From an uncultured delta proteobacterium (lineage in GTDB: Bacteria; Myxococcota; Myxococcia; Myxococcales; Myxococcaceae), in NCBI GenBank assembly GCA_963796055.1, contig CAWCKH010000004.1:1568001-1632000 (forward strand): a stretch of DNA of 64,000 nucleotides. The letters are read 5' to 3'. A program made the translations under genes and the position numbers. This document shows, in pieces, positions 39,828-49,129 of the stretch (position 1 is the first letter of the stretch; every line of letters begins with the position of its first letter). The notes under the pieces were generated by a model. It ran no database searches. It saw only the letters and a list, made by a program, of their open reading frames with translations, and was not told where the DNA came from.

Positions 39828-40640
39828 ATGAGCCCGGCCGCCGCTCGGCTCCCGGAGCGGTACGGACCGTGGGCGGTGGTGACCGGCGCCTCGGACGGGA
39901 TCGGGCGCAACTTCGCCGAGCGGCTCGCCGAGGCAGGCGTTCATCTGGTGCTGGTCGCCCGCAGGCAGGAGGTCCTCGACACCCTCGCCCAGCAGATGGA
40001 GCACAGACACGGTGTGAGGACCCGCGTGCTCTCGCTCGACCTCTCGCGGCCGGGCTCGGTCGAGGCGCTGGTGTCTGGCACCGCGGACGTCGACGTCGGC
40101 CTGCTGGTGGCCTGCGCGGGGTTCGGAACCTCGGGCCCATTCCTCGAATCCGACCTCTCCCGCGAGCTGGAGATGGTGCAGGTCAACTGCGCGGCGGTGG
40201 CCGCGCTCTGCCACCACTTCGGACGGCGGTTCGCCGAGCGACGCCGCGGTGGGATGGTGCTGATGAGCTCGCTGCTCGCCTTCCAGGGCGTGCCGCGGGC
40301 GGCGAACTACGCGGCGACCAAGGCCTACGTGCAGTCGCTCGCCGAGGGGCTCCACGTGGAGCTCGCGCCGCTCGGCGTCGACGTGATCGCCTGCGCCCCG
40401 GGTCCGGTGAAGAGCGGGTTCGCGGCCCGGTCGGACATGCAGATGGGGATGGGCATCCCCCCCTCCTCGGTCGGTGGAGCGACGCTGGCCGCGCTGGGGC
40501 GGACGACGACGGTGCGGCCCGGCTGGCTGTCGAAGGCGCTCGAGCTCGCGCTCGCCTCGCTGATCACCCGCTGGGCCCGGGTCCGGATGATGGCCAGGGT
40601 GATGCGGAGGATGACCGCGCACCGGCCGCCCTCGCAATGA
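39828..40640 (+). CDS. SDR family oxidoreductase
   Basis: TGASDGIG, SS, YAATK (YxxxK), PGPV. Confidence 0.92.
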   Translation: MSPAAARLPERYGPWAVVTGASDGIGRNFAERLAEAGVHLVLVARRQEVLDTLAQQMEHRHGVRTRVLSLDLSRPGSVEALVSGTADVDVGLLVACAGFGTSGPFLESDLSRELEMVQVNCAAVAALCHHFGRRFAERRRGGMVLMSSLLAFQGVPRAANYAATKAYVQSLAEGLHVELAPLGVDVIACAPGPVKSGFAARSDMQMGMGIPPSSVGGATLAALGRTTTVRPGWLSKALELALASLITRWARVRMMARVMRRMTAHRPPSQ

Positions 40641-40662
40641 TGGCACCCGCAGGGGCCGTGGG

Positions 40663-41526
40663 TCAGGGCGAGGTGGCGGGAATGCCGAACAGCCGCCACC
40701 GGAGCCGATCCAGGGCTCGGTCGCCCAGGATGCGCGGCAGCGTGACCAGGAGCCGCGCGTCCTTTCCCACCGGGACGTGGGGCGGAGGACGTCGGTCGAC
40801 GAGCGCGTGGTACACCGCCTCGGCCACCACCTCGGGAGGACTCCCTTTGTTCTCCCGCTCGGCCGCCCGCCGCAGGAACTCCCGGAGCATGCGCCCGTAG
40901 CGCGCCGTCCCTTCCGCCGGGAGGGCGCGGATGGCCGCCTCCGGGTCCCCGAGCATCTTGTCCACCGCGGGGGTGCGAATGGACGCGGGCTCGAGCATCA
41001 CCACCGCGATTCCGAACGGGTGCAGCTCCAGCCGGAGCGCGTCGTTCAGCGAGCGGAACGCGCTCTTCGTGGCGCAGAGCGCACCGCCGAAGGGCATTGC
41101 CATCTGGCTCCCGACCGAGCCCATGTTGACGATGCGTCCGCGCGACTTCCGGATGAGCGGGAGAAAGGCCTGGGTCACCGCGATCTGGCCGAAGACGTTC
41201 ACCTCGAACAGCCGCCGGAGCACGTCCGGGGCGAGATGCTCGACCGGCGCCGCGACCCCGAAGCCCGCGTTGTTCACCAGGCCGGACAGCCCGCTTTCCC
41301 CCAGCTGCGCCTCGACCTGCGAGGCTGCCCTGCGCACCGCTTCCCCGTCCGTCACGTCCATCTGGACGGGGGTCCCCCGTTCACCGAGCGCCGAGCGCAG
41401 GCGCTCGGCGTCGTCCGGTTTCCTGACGCCGGCGAACACCCTGAACCCCGCCCGCGCCAGCCGCACCACGGTCGCGTATCCGATGCCGGTGGACGCCCCG
41501 GTCACCACGACGGTCCTGGAACCCAT
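40663..41526 (-). CDS. SDR family oxidoreductase
   Basis: TGASTGIG, LVNNAG, GRIVNMGS, EPASI.T; LCATK occupies the usual YxxxK position. Confidence 0.9.
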   Translation of the reverse strand: MGSRTVVVTGASTGIGYATVVRLARAGFRVFAGVRKPDDAERLRSALGERGTPVQMDVTDGEAVRRAASQVEAQLGESGLSGLVNNAGFGVAAPVEHLAPDVLRRLFEVNVFGQIAVTQAFLPLIRKSRGRIVNMGSVGSQMAMPFGGALCATKSAFRSLNDALRLELHPFGIAVVMLEPASIRTPAVDKMLGDPEAAIRALPAEGTARYGRMLREFLRRAAERENKGSPPEVVAEAVYHALVDRRPPPHVPVGKDARLLVTLPRILGDRALDRLRWRLFGIPATSP

Positions 41527-41671
41527 GCGCCCGAAGGTAGGACCGGTGGTCGACGCAGGGGACCTCCCCGAGCTGGCGAGGGAACGTGAGACCGCGGCTC
41601 TCCTGGCCGCGCGCCGTGCGCCCGACCCGACCTCCGGCCAGCCCGTGGCGGACCAGGCGCCCCGTGGGCGC

Positions 41672-42709
41672 TCAGCCAAAGAACACCCGGGCGACGTCGA
41701 AGTACTCGGCCGGCACCCGCTTGAGGGTCCGGGTGGCGTCGGCGAGGGCGACGCTGGTGACCTCGTTCCCGCGAAGCGCCGCCATGCGACCGAACTCCTT
41801 GTGGGCCACCATGTCGCAGGCGTGCACGCCGAAGCGGGAGGCCAGCACCCGGTCGTGCGCGGTGGGCGTGCCTCCACGCTGGATGTGACCCAGCACCGAG
41901 ACCCGCGTCTCGAACCCGGTGCGGCGCTCGATCTCCGAGGCGACGAACTGGCCCACGCCCCCGAGCCGGACCCGGCCCGCCTCGTCGAGCGCGCCGGAGG
42001 TCACCACGTGCTCGGGCTCGTCCGGGCTGGCGCGGATCTTCGTCCCCTCGGCGACCACCACGATGCTGAAGCTCGTCCCGCCGGCGTAGCGGCGCTTCAG
42101 CTGGTCGGCCACCGCAGCCAGGTCCGCCGGTTCCTCGGGGACGAGGATGACGTCGGCCCCGCCGGCAATGCCGGCGTGGGTGGCGATCCACCCGACGTGC
42201 CGGCCCATCACCTCCACCACGATGACCCGCTTGTGCGACTCGGCGGTGCTGTGCAGCCGGTCGATGGCCTCGGTGGCGATCGACACCGCGGTGTCGAAGC
42301 CGAAGGTGTAGTCCGTCCCGTTGAGGTCGTTGTCGATCGTCTTGGGGATGCCCACCACCGGGAGCCCGTGCTCGTGGAGCCGGGCCGCGGCGGACAAGGT
42401 TCCCTCGCCGCCGATGGCCACCACGGCGTGGATGCCGTGCTTCGCGGCGTTGGACATCACTTTCTCCAGCCCGTCCTCGAGGGTGAAGGGATTCACCCGG
42501 CTGGTGCCGAGGATGGTGCCCCCGCGGTGCAGGATGCCCGCGGTGTTCTCGCGGGTGAGCGGAAAGACCCGGTCCTCGATGAGGCCCTTCCAGCCGTCCC
42601 GCAGCCCCAGGACAGAGAAGCGGTGGTTCTGGGCCCGGCGGACCACGGCGCGGATGACGGCATTGAGACCGGGACAGTCGCCTCCCCCGGTCAGGACGGC
42701 GATTCGCAT
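41672..42709 (-). CDS. pfkA: 6-phosphofructokinase
   Basis: LTGGGDCPGLN, GGTILGTSR, IGGEGT, PKTIDND, GFDTA, EVMGR, LGHIQRGG. Confidence 0.95.
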   Translation of the reverse strand: MRIAVLTGGGDCPGLNAVIRAVVRRAQNHRFSVLGLRDGWKGLIEDRVFPLTRENTAGILHRGGTILGTSRVNPFTLEDGLEKVMSNAAKHGIHAVVAIGGEGTLSAAARLHEHGLPVVGIPKTIDNDLNGTDYTFGFDTAVSIATEAIDRLHSTAESHKRVIVVEVMGRHVGWIATHAGIAGGADVILVPEEPADLAAVADQLKRRYAGGTSFSIVVVAEGTKIRASPDEPEHVVTSGALDEAGRVRLGGVGQFVASEIERRTGFETRVSVLGHIQRGGTPTAHDRVLASRFGVHACDMVAHKEFGRMAALRGNEVTSVALADATRTLKRVPAEYFDVARVFFG

Positions 42710-42719
42710 GGAGGCTAGC

Positions 42720-43682
42720 CTAGCGCGCGGAGGCGGAGCCTGGTTCCCCCAGCCCCGGAACTGCCAGCCGGGGCGCATCGGCAGCCAGCGCCGTCGCGCC
42801 GAGCAGCACCGCCGCCAGCCAGACCGCGTCGGCGAGGAGCAGGTGCAGCAGCTGCATCCACACCGGCGCGAGCAATGCGAGATTGATCAACCCCACGGTG
42901 AGCTGGACCACCACCAGCGAGGCGAGGGCGATGGCCGCCCGCCGGACCGGACGCCCGGGCCGCAGCAGACTCGAGACCGCCGCCGTCGCCAGGAGCAGTG
43001 TCCCGACCGCCACCGCCAGCAATGGATGGAAGACTCGGAGTCTGAGGAGAATGTGGGCGCCGGCGGCGGTGTCCTGCCGGAATCCCTCCGCCAGCGAGCG
43101 CGCGGGGAACAGCGTGTCTCCCAGCGCGGCGACGGCGCCGCTCACTCCGAGCACCACCAGCCCGAGCAGCGCCGCCGGAACGAGCACTCCCACCGCTCCC
43201 TGCTCGCGCAGGCGCAGGGGAGCGGTCCCCGCGGCCCAGGCGCCGGTCAGCGCCACCACCGCGAACAGGAGAAAGGTGTTGGTCAGGTGCAGGCCCATCA
43301 CCACCGGGCGCGCCAGAGAGTCGTCGGTCCCCGTCAACCGGAACAGGACCAGCGCCGCACCGATGGCACCCTCGAGGAGAATGGCGACCACCCCGAGCGC
43401 CGCGCCGGTCCGGACCCGGTGCCCGCGCGGGAAGGCGACGAACCCCCACACCGCCCAGGCGAGGACCGCCAGGGTGACCAGCCCGCTCGAGACGCGGTGG
43501 CTGAACTCGATCAGGGTTTCCAGGGCGGGCGCGCGGGGCAGCACCTGCCCGTTGCACACCGGCCAGTGGGCGCCACAGCCCGCGCCCGATCCCGAGGCCC
43601 GCACGAACGCCCCCCACACGACGACCGCGAGGAGAAAGGCGACCAGACTCCAGGTCGCCCGTGCGAAGCGCACGTTCACCAT
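42720..43682 (-). CDS. ctaA: Heme A synthase (COX15/CtaA family)
   Basis: GAFVR..GSG.GC..WP.CNG, IEFSHR, multiple TMs with conserved His (GLHL, FHP, LHL). Confidence 0.88.
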   Translation of the reverse strand: MVNVRFARATWSLVAFLLAVVVWGAFVRASGSGAGCGAHWPVCNGQVLPRAPALETLIEFSHRVSSGLVTLAVLAWAVWGFVAFPRGHRVRTGAALGVVAILLEGAIGAALVLFRLTGTDDSLARPVVMGLHLTNTFLLFAVVALTGAWAAGTAPLRLREQGAVGVLVPAALLGLVVLGVSGAVAALGDTLFPARSLAEGFRQDTAAGAHILLRLRVFHPLLAVAVGTLLLATAAVSSLLRPGRPVRRAAIALASLVVVQLTVGLINLALLAPVWMQLLHLLLADAVWLAAVLLGATALAADAPRLAVPGLGEPGSASAR

Positions 43683-43752
43683 ACCCGCGGTTGCTTATCA
43701 GCCGACGCCGGTTCCTGCCATGCTGCCCGGGCCCGATGGAGAAGGAGGCCGG

Positions 43753-44202
43753 ATGAACTTCGAGGTCCGGACAGAGAGCCTTGCCGGAACGGCGACCGCG
43801 CTCGGCTGGGCGCGCGGACACACCGTGGTCATCGACCGCCCCGCGGACGGCGGGGGGAAGGACCTGGGCTTCAACGGGGGCGAGCTGCTCCACCTCGCGG
43901 TTGCCGGCTGCGTGTCGAACGACCTCTTCCGCGAGGCCCGCGTGCTCGGTGTCCGCCTCAGCCGGGTGGCGATCACCGCCCGCGGCGAGTTCACCGGCAG
44001 CCCCCAGGTCTCGGGAGGCATCGGGTACTCGGTCGAGGTCTGGGGAGATGCGCCCGCCCAGGCGCTGCGCGAGCTCGTGGCCCGCGTGGACGGCATCGCC
44101 GAGATCCCCAACTCGCTCCGCCGGGGAACGGCCGTCCATCTGAGTGAGACGCGGGTGCACGGCAGCGACGAGCCCCCGGCGGCCTCATCGACCGGCGGCT
44201 AG
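43753..44202 (+). CDS. OsmC family protein (single Cys)
   Basis: DRP...GG.D.G.NGGELL.LAVAGC...D; the second Cys position reads AEI. Confidence 0.82.
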   Translation: MNFEVRTESLAGTATALGWARGHTVVIDRPADGGGKDLGFNGGELLHLAVAGCVSNDLFREARVLGVRLSRVAITARGEFTGSPQVSGGIGYSVEVWGDAPAQALRELVARVDGIAEIPNSLRRGTAVHLSETRVHGSDEPPAASSTGG

Positions 44203-44211
44203 GGGGGGCCG

Positions 44212-45393
44212 ATGAGTCTTGCCCGGCTTCGCGGAGAGACGGTGGAGGCGCGGCTGTGGACGCCGGTGGAAGAGGTCGAGTCGCAGGCGCTCACCCAGCT
44301 CCGCAACATCGCCAGCCTCCCCTGGGTCGCCCACGTGGCGGTCATGCCCGACGTGCACTTCGGCAAGGGCGCCACGGTGGGCTCGGTCATCGGGATGCGG
44401 GGGGCGGTGTCCCCGGCCGCGGTCGGAGTGGACATCGGCTGCGGCATGGGCGCGGTGCGCACCAGCCTCACCGCGGCGGACCTGCCAGAGAGCCTGCGCG
44501 GCATCCGCGCGGACCTCGAGGACGCCATCCCGGTCGGGTTCGCCGCCCACGACGCGCCGGTCCGGCCGCAGGACCCCCGTCTTCACACCGAGGTGAACGA
44601 GCTCCTGGACGGCTTCGATGCGCTGGACCCCTCGGTGAAGGACCTGCGCGGCCGGGCGGGAAAGCAGCTGGGAACGCTGGGCGGGGGAAACCACTTCATC
44701 GAGCTCTGCCTCGACACCCAGAGCCGGGTGTGGCTGATGTTGCACTCGGGTTCGCGGAACATCGGAAAGACGCTGGCCGAGGTGCACATGGCCCGTGCCC
44801 GGAAGCTGAAGCACAACCATGCGCTGGCCGACCCGGAGCTGGCGGTGTTCCTCGCCGGCACCGAGGAGATGGCCGCGTACCGCCGCGACCTCGAGTGGGC
44901 GCAGCGCTACGCCATGCTCAATCGGCGGCTGATGTTCGACCTGTATGCCGGAGTCATCCGCCGGCACTTCCCCGAGGTGGGCTTCGATGCGCCGGTGCTC
45001 TGTCACCACAACTACGTGGCGGAGGAGACGCACCACGGCGAGCAGCTGCTGGTGACCCGGAAGGGCGCCATCTCCGCGCGTGCCGGGCAGCTCGGCGTCA
45101 TCCCGGGGTCGATGGGCACGCGGAGCTACATCGTCCGGGGACTGGGGAATCCCGAGTCGCTCCACTCGGCATCGCACGGCGCAGGCCGGAAGATGTCGCG
45201 CGGCGAGGCCAAGCGGCAGTTCAGCGTGAAGGACCTGGCCGAGCAGACCGCCGGGGTGGAGTGCCGCAAGGATGGCGGGGTGCTCGACGAGATTCCCGGG
45301 GCGTACAAGCCCATCGAGCAGATCATGGAGTACCAGAGGGACCTGGTGGAGGTCGTCGCCGAGCTGAAGCAGGTGCTCTGCGTGAAGGGCTGA
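44212..45393 (+). CDS. rtcB: RtcB family RNA ligase
   Basis: MPDVH.GKG..VG, GVDIGCG, LGTLGGGNHF.E, LHSGSR, HHNY, RKGA, PGSMG, SHGAGR, DE.P.AYK, VKG. Confidence 0.96.
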   Translation: MSLARLRGETVEARLWTPVEEVESQALTQLRNIASLPWVAHVAVMPDVHFGKGATVGSVIGMRGAVSPAAVGVDIGCGMGAVRTSLTAADLPESLRGIRADLEDAIPVGFAAHDAPVRPQDPRLHTEVNELLDGFDALDPSVKDLRGRAGKQLGTLGGGNHFIELCLDTQSRVWLMLHSGSRNIGKTLAEVHMARARKLKHNHALADPELAVFLAGTEEMAAYRRDLEWAQRYAMLNRRLMFDLYAGVIRRHFPEVGFDAPVLCHHNYVAEETHHGEQLLVTRKGAISARAGQLGVIPGSMGTRSYIVRGLGNPESLHSASHGAGRKMSRGEAKRQFSVKDLAEQTAGVECRKDGGVLDEIPGAYKPIEQIMEYQRDLVEVVAELKQVLCVKG

Positions 45394-45560
45394 TAGCCGA
45401 AACCACCCTGGTTGATCGGGCCTCGCTAGCCCTGGCGGCCGATCTCGGCGTCGCGCCTCCGGTCACTTGACCCGAGCCAAGCTCCCTCCGGCGCTCCTTG
45501 ATCTCTGCCGCCATTGCGGCGCGATCCTCACGACCAACCAGGGTGGTCTCGGCTATGAGC
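45389..45560. repeat. 172-bp imperfect inverted-repeat element (MITE/REPIN-like or structured RNA) between convergent genes
   Basis: 45389-45418 matches the reverse complement of 45531-45560 at 27/30; inner stems tggcggc/gccgcca and gatc/gatc; apical hairpin cttgacccgagccaag at 45466-45481. Confidence 0.8.
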
Positions 45561-45573
45561 GACGCGGGTGCGC

Positions 45574-46203
45574 TCAGAATCGCCCGGCAACCACCAGGCC
45601 GGCGCGCCCGTCCGGGCCGAACGACGGGACGACCGAGACCCGCTCTACGCTCGTGGCGCGCAGTGTGGGAGACGCTGCCGGTTTGGTCGAAAGCTCGTAC
45701 CCCAGCACCGCACCGGCGAGCATCAGCGGCGGACCGACCCACATCAGCCGGCTCGCGCTGCCCTGTCCGATGGCCAGTGACGCGCCCGCACCGAGCGCCT
45801 CGCCGAACCAGCTCACCCACGGCGAGCCGTGTGCGTCGAAGTACGAGCCGGTGAGGGGCACCATCGCCGCCACCGCCAGCCCGAAGCCCGAGAGGAGACC
45901 GGCGGCCACCGTTCCCTCCGAGCAGCTGTCGTGGACCGACAGCGAGCCGATGCAGCCCAGGTAGCCGCCCAGCGCGCCGGTGAGCGTGCCCGCGGCGCCC
46001 GCGACCAGCACCTCGGAGACGACGCGGACGGTGCGCGACGGCTGCGGAGCACGGGGCTCGGCGACTGCGTGGACCGTGCTGTCCCCGTCGACGGAGGAGC
46101 CGACGGCGAGCAGCGGGTGCTCGACGGCCTCGGAGCCTGCGCGCGGAACGTCACCCGGGGTGGCGGCGAGGAGGACGGTGGTGATGGCGAGCAGGCTGGA
46201 CAC
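45574..46203 (-). CDS. Hypothetical Gly/Ala-rich membrane or secreted protein
   Basis: Signal-like N-terminus (VSSLLAITTVLLAA), hydrophobic Gly-rich helices, C-terminal GLVVAGRF; start inferred. Confidence 0.65.
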   Translation of the reverse strand: MSSLLAITTVLLAATPGDVPRAGSEAVEHPLLAVGSSVDGDSTVHAVAEPRAPQPSRTVRVVSEVLVAGAAGTLTGALGGYLGCIGSLSVHDSCSEGTVAAGLLSGFGLAVAAMVPLTGSYFDAHGSPWVSWFGEALGAGASLAIGQGSASRLMWVGPPLMLAGAVLGYELSTKPAASPTLRATSVERVSVVPSFGPDGRAGLVVAGRF

Positions 46204-46409
46204 GCTCGCGAGCTCCCGGGGGCAACCTTGCTGCCCGTGCGCGCCGGCCCTGCTCTCGCGCCTTCCGGAACGCTTAGCAGACCTGACCGGGGTCTCACAG
46301 GGCTCGGATGGGTACGGCGTGTCCCACATCCGGCGCACGAATCCGGGCGTTCGACCAAAGTCGCGGATTCCGTGGAGCAACGGGCCCGGGCCCAGGGGCC
46401 AGGGCCGCC

Positions 46410-47453
46410 TCAGCGGGGGAAGGGCAGCACCTCGACCCTGGCCGAACCCGAACCTCCGGCCAGCGACAGCTCGGTTCCGGGTTGCGCGACGTCGCGGTGT
46501 GCGTAGCCGAGGCCGATGGCCCCCAGCCGGGGACTCTGGACCCCCGAAGTCACCCAGCCCACCCGCCGGTCACCGGCGAAGAGCTCGGTCCTCGGGACTG
46601 GCAGGGCGCCCCCGAACCGCAGCCCGACCAGCTGACGGTTCACGTGACCGCGGAACGTCGCCCGGGCGATGACCTCTTGCCCGATGTAACAGCCCTTCTG
46701 GTAATGAATCGCCCGCTGGAGGTGCGCCTCGAGGGGGATGGTCTTCTCGTCCATGTCGGCCCCGAACCGTGGGGTGCCTTGCTCCACCCGGAGCACCTCC
46801 AGCGCGGCGAACCCCACCGGCGTCGCGCCGCCGGCCGCCAGCCGATCGAACAGCGCACCCAGCGCCTCGACCGGCACCAGGAGGTCGACCCCCGGCAGGA
46901 GCAGACCCTGGGGCAGGGCCCAGGCCGTCGCACCCGCGGCATCGAACGGACGCACTGCGGCGCCGGCGGGCGGACCGAGCCCGAGCAGACGGGCGGCGAG
47001 CGCCTCGCCCTCGGGGCCGACCACGGAGAGCTGGCCGAAGCCCGCGCTCGCGTCCGACAGCTCCGCATCCTCGCTGATGAGGTACCGCTCGAGGGCCCCG
47101 AGCACCACCGGGCCGTACCCGGGCTCGGTCAGCAGCAGCAGGTCATCGGTGCGCTTCACCACCCGGGCGTCGGCGACCATGGCCCCCTTGGCGGTCAGCA
47201 GCGCCGCGTCCGCCACCGAGCTGACGGGGAGCCCCTCCACGTCCTGGGTGACCATGCCTTGCAGGAAGCTCACCCGGTCGGGGCCGGTCACCCGGACCAC
47301 CTCGCGTGCCGAGGCGTCGAACAGCGCCGCGCCGGTCCGCAGCGCCCGGTCCTCGTCGGCGCCCGAGGTGCGCTCCACCACCTCCCTGTCCTTCAGCGCG
47401 CCGAAGGTGGCGCCCAGGGCGACATGGCGGGCATGGAGGGGGAGCGGAACCAT
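46410..47453 (-). CDS. YgfZ/GcvT-family folate-binding protein
   Basis: G.DR..FLQG..TQD, LTAKG, LRVE.G.P, KGCYIGQE (YgfZ signature). Confidence 0.9.
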   Translation of the reverse strand: MVPLPLHARHVALGATFGALKDREVVERTSGADEDRALRTGAALFDASAREVVRVTGPDRVSFLQGMVTQDVEGLPVSSVADAALLTAKGAMVADARVVKRTDDLLLLTEPGYGPVVLGALERYLISEDAELSDASAGFGQLSVVGPEGEALAARLLGLGPPAGAAVRPFDAAGATAWALPQGLLLPGVDLLVPVEALGALFDRLAAGGATPVGFAALEVLRVEQGTPRFGADMDEKTIPLEAHLQRAIHYQKGCYIGQEVIARATFRGHVNRQLVGLRFGGALPVPRTELFAGDRRVGWVTSGVQSPRLGAIGLGYAHRDVAQPGTELSLAGGSGSARVEVLPFPR

Positions 47454-47477
47454 GGACCGCAGCTATATAAGGGCCCC

Positions 47478-47804
47478 GTGAAGGTCCAGCACCTCCCGGA
47501 CATGCGCGGCTTCTCCGAGGCGAAGCTCCAGAAGCACAACCTCTTCACCACCGCGCGCTTCTTCCTCGACGTGTACTGTCTGAGGCCAGGCCAGGCGCAG
47601 ACGCCCCACGCCCATGCCGCCTCGGACAAGGTGTACGTGGTGCTGGAGGGGCGCCCCACGGTCGAGCTCGACGGCGAGCGCCAGGAACTTCGGGAGGGGG
47701 ATGCGGTGTTGTGTCCCGCGGGCTCCTCGCACGGCCTGCGGAACGGCGGGTCAGGCGATGCGCGGGTGCTGGTGTTGATGACCCCGCCCCCGGAGAGGAC
47801 ATGA
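47478..47804 (+). CDS. Cupin domain protein
   Basis: PGQ.Q..HAH...DK.Y.VLEG, PAG..HG..N. Confidence 0.85.
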   Translation: MKVQHLPDMRGFSEAKLQKHNLFTTARFFLDVYCLRPGQAQTPHAHAASDKVYVVLEGRPTVELDGERQELREGDAVLCPAGSSHGLRNGGSGDARVLVLMTPPPERT

Positions 47805-49129
47805 AGAGGCGGGCGAAACAACCGGTGGAGACCGTCCGGGTCTGGGTGCCGTGGACGCTGCTCGGGCTGGCGCTCGCCGAGGTGGGCCTGTCCATCTTTC
47901 AGTGGGTGGAGCTGCGCGCCGTCCAGGCGGGCGGGACGGCGGTGTGCAGCATCAATGCCGCGGTGAACTGCGAGACGGTCTGGACCAGCCCCTTCGCCCA
48001 GCGGGTGAGCGCGCTGGCCGGGGTGCCCGTCGCCGGGCTGGGGGTGGTGTGGGGCCTCGCCGCGGCGGTGTGCGCCGGCGCGCTGCTCTGGCGGGCGAGG
48101 ACGGGCCGGTCGCTCCGGCCCGCGGTGCTCCCGGTGCGCACGATGGGGGTGGTGGCCGCCCTGGTCTGCATCACCCTGGTCGCCGGGTCAATCAGCGCCG
48201 GGGCGCTGTGCCTCACCTGCCTCGGAACCTACCTTCTGGTCCTCGGGTACGCGGGCGTCGCGCTTGCAGCGCTTCCCGGTCCGCTGCAGCCCGCATCCGC
48301 CGAGTGGGTGCGCGCGCTCGGCCTGCCCGCCACCGTGACCGCGGTGACGTGGCTTGCCTTGCTGCTGTTCGCTCCGGCCCGGTCCAGCTCCGGCCTTCCG
48401 CCGAGGAGCGCGGGCAAGAGCGGGGGCACCGGCCTTGACGTCTCCCAGTTCCTGGCCAGCCGCCCCGAGTCCGAGAAGCAGGCACTCGCCGACGCGCTGG
48501 CCCGCTTCGCCCGGACTCCGGCCCCGACGCAGGTCGAGCTGCTGCCGCGGGCCCGGGTGCTGAAGGGCACCGCCGACGCGCCGGTCCACCTGGTGGAGTG
48601 GACCGACATCCTCTGCCCGCACTGCCGCCACCTGAACGACGCGCTGGAGGAGCTGCAGGCGGCGGTCCCGCCGGGGCGGCTGGCGGTGGAGGCACGGCAG
48701 TACCCGCTCGACGGTGCATGCAACCCGGACATCCCCCAGAAGGGGGATGGACTGCGCTGCACCGGCTCGCTGGCGATGATCTGCCTCGAGCAGGCGCCGG
48801 ACTTCTGGAGCCTTCGCGACAAGCTGTTCGCCGCCCAGAAGTCGCTCACCCGGGAATCGCTGCTGCAGATCGCCAGCTCGGGCTCGGTGTCGCGCGGCCA
48901 GCTCGAGGCATGCATCGCCAGCTCCGAGGCCGCGGCCAAGCTCCAGGACGACATCCGCTACGCCGAGCTCTACAACCCCACCGGCACGCCCATCGTCGCC
49001 ATCAACGGCAAGCCAGCGTACGCCGCGCCGGTGTTCCTCTACGCGCTCACCATGGCCAGCGGTGACCCCACGGCCCCGGTGCTCACCTCGGCCTTGCCGC
49101 CGGCGCGCCACTCGGTCCACCCGCAGTGA
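47801..49129 (+). CDS. VKOR-DsbA/thioredoxin fusion (disulfide bond formation)
   Basis: CSINAAVNCETV..S.FA, LCLTC (VKOR CxxC), WTDILCPHC (DsbA CxxC), GTP cis-Pro loop; ATGA overlap with the cupin. Confidence 0.9.
   Translation: MKRRAKQPVETVRVWVPWTLLGLALAEVGLSIFQWVELRAVQAGGTAVCSINAAVNCETVWTSPFAQRVSALAGVPVAGLGVVWGLAAAVCAGALLWRARTGRSLRPAVLPVRTMGVVAALVCITLVAGSISAGALCLTCLGTYLLVLGYAGVALAALPGPLQPASAEWVRALGLPATVTAVTWLALLLFAPARSSSGLPPRSAGKSGGTGLDVSQFLASRPESEKQALADALARFARTPAPTQVELLPRARVLKGTADAPVHLVEWTDILCPHCRHLNDALEELQAAVPPGRLAVEARQYPLDGACNPDIPQKGDGLRCTGSLAMICLEQAPDFWSLRDKLFAAQKSLTRESLLQIASSGSVSRGQLEACIASSEAAAKLQDDIRYAELYNPTGTPIVAINGKPAYAAPVFLYALTMASGDPTAPVLTSALPPARHSVHPQ

Noticed and set aside
44212..45560. 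Rtc/Ro60-Y RNA operon or 6S RNA
   Set aside because: No rtcA, rtcR, Ro60 or prfH nearby, no tRNA-like cloverleaf, and the context is not the usual zapA/ygfA setting of 6S RNA. Kept only as an unassigned inverted repeat.
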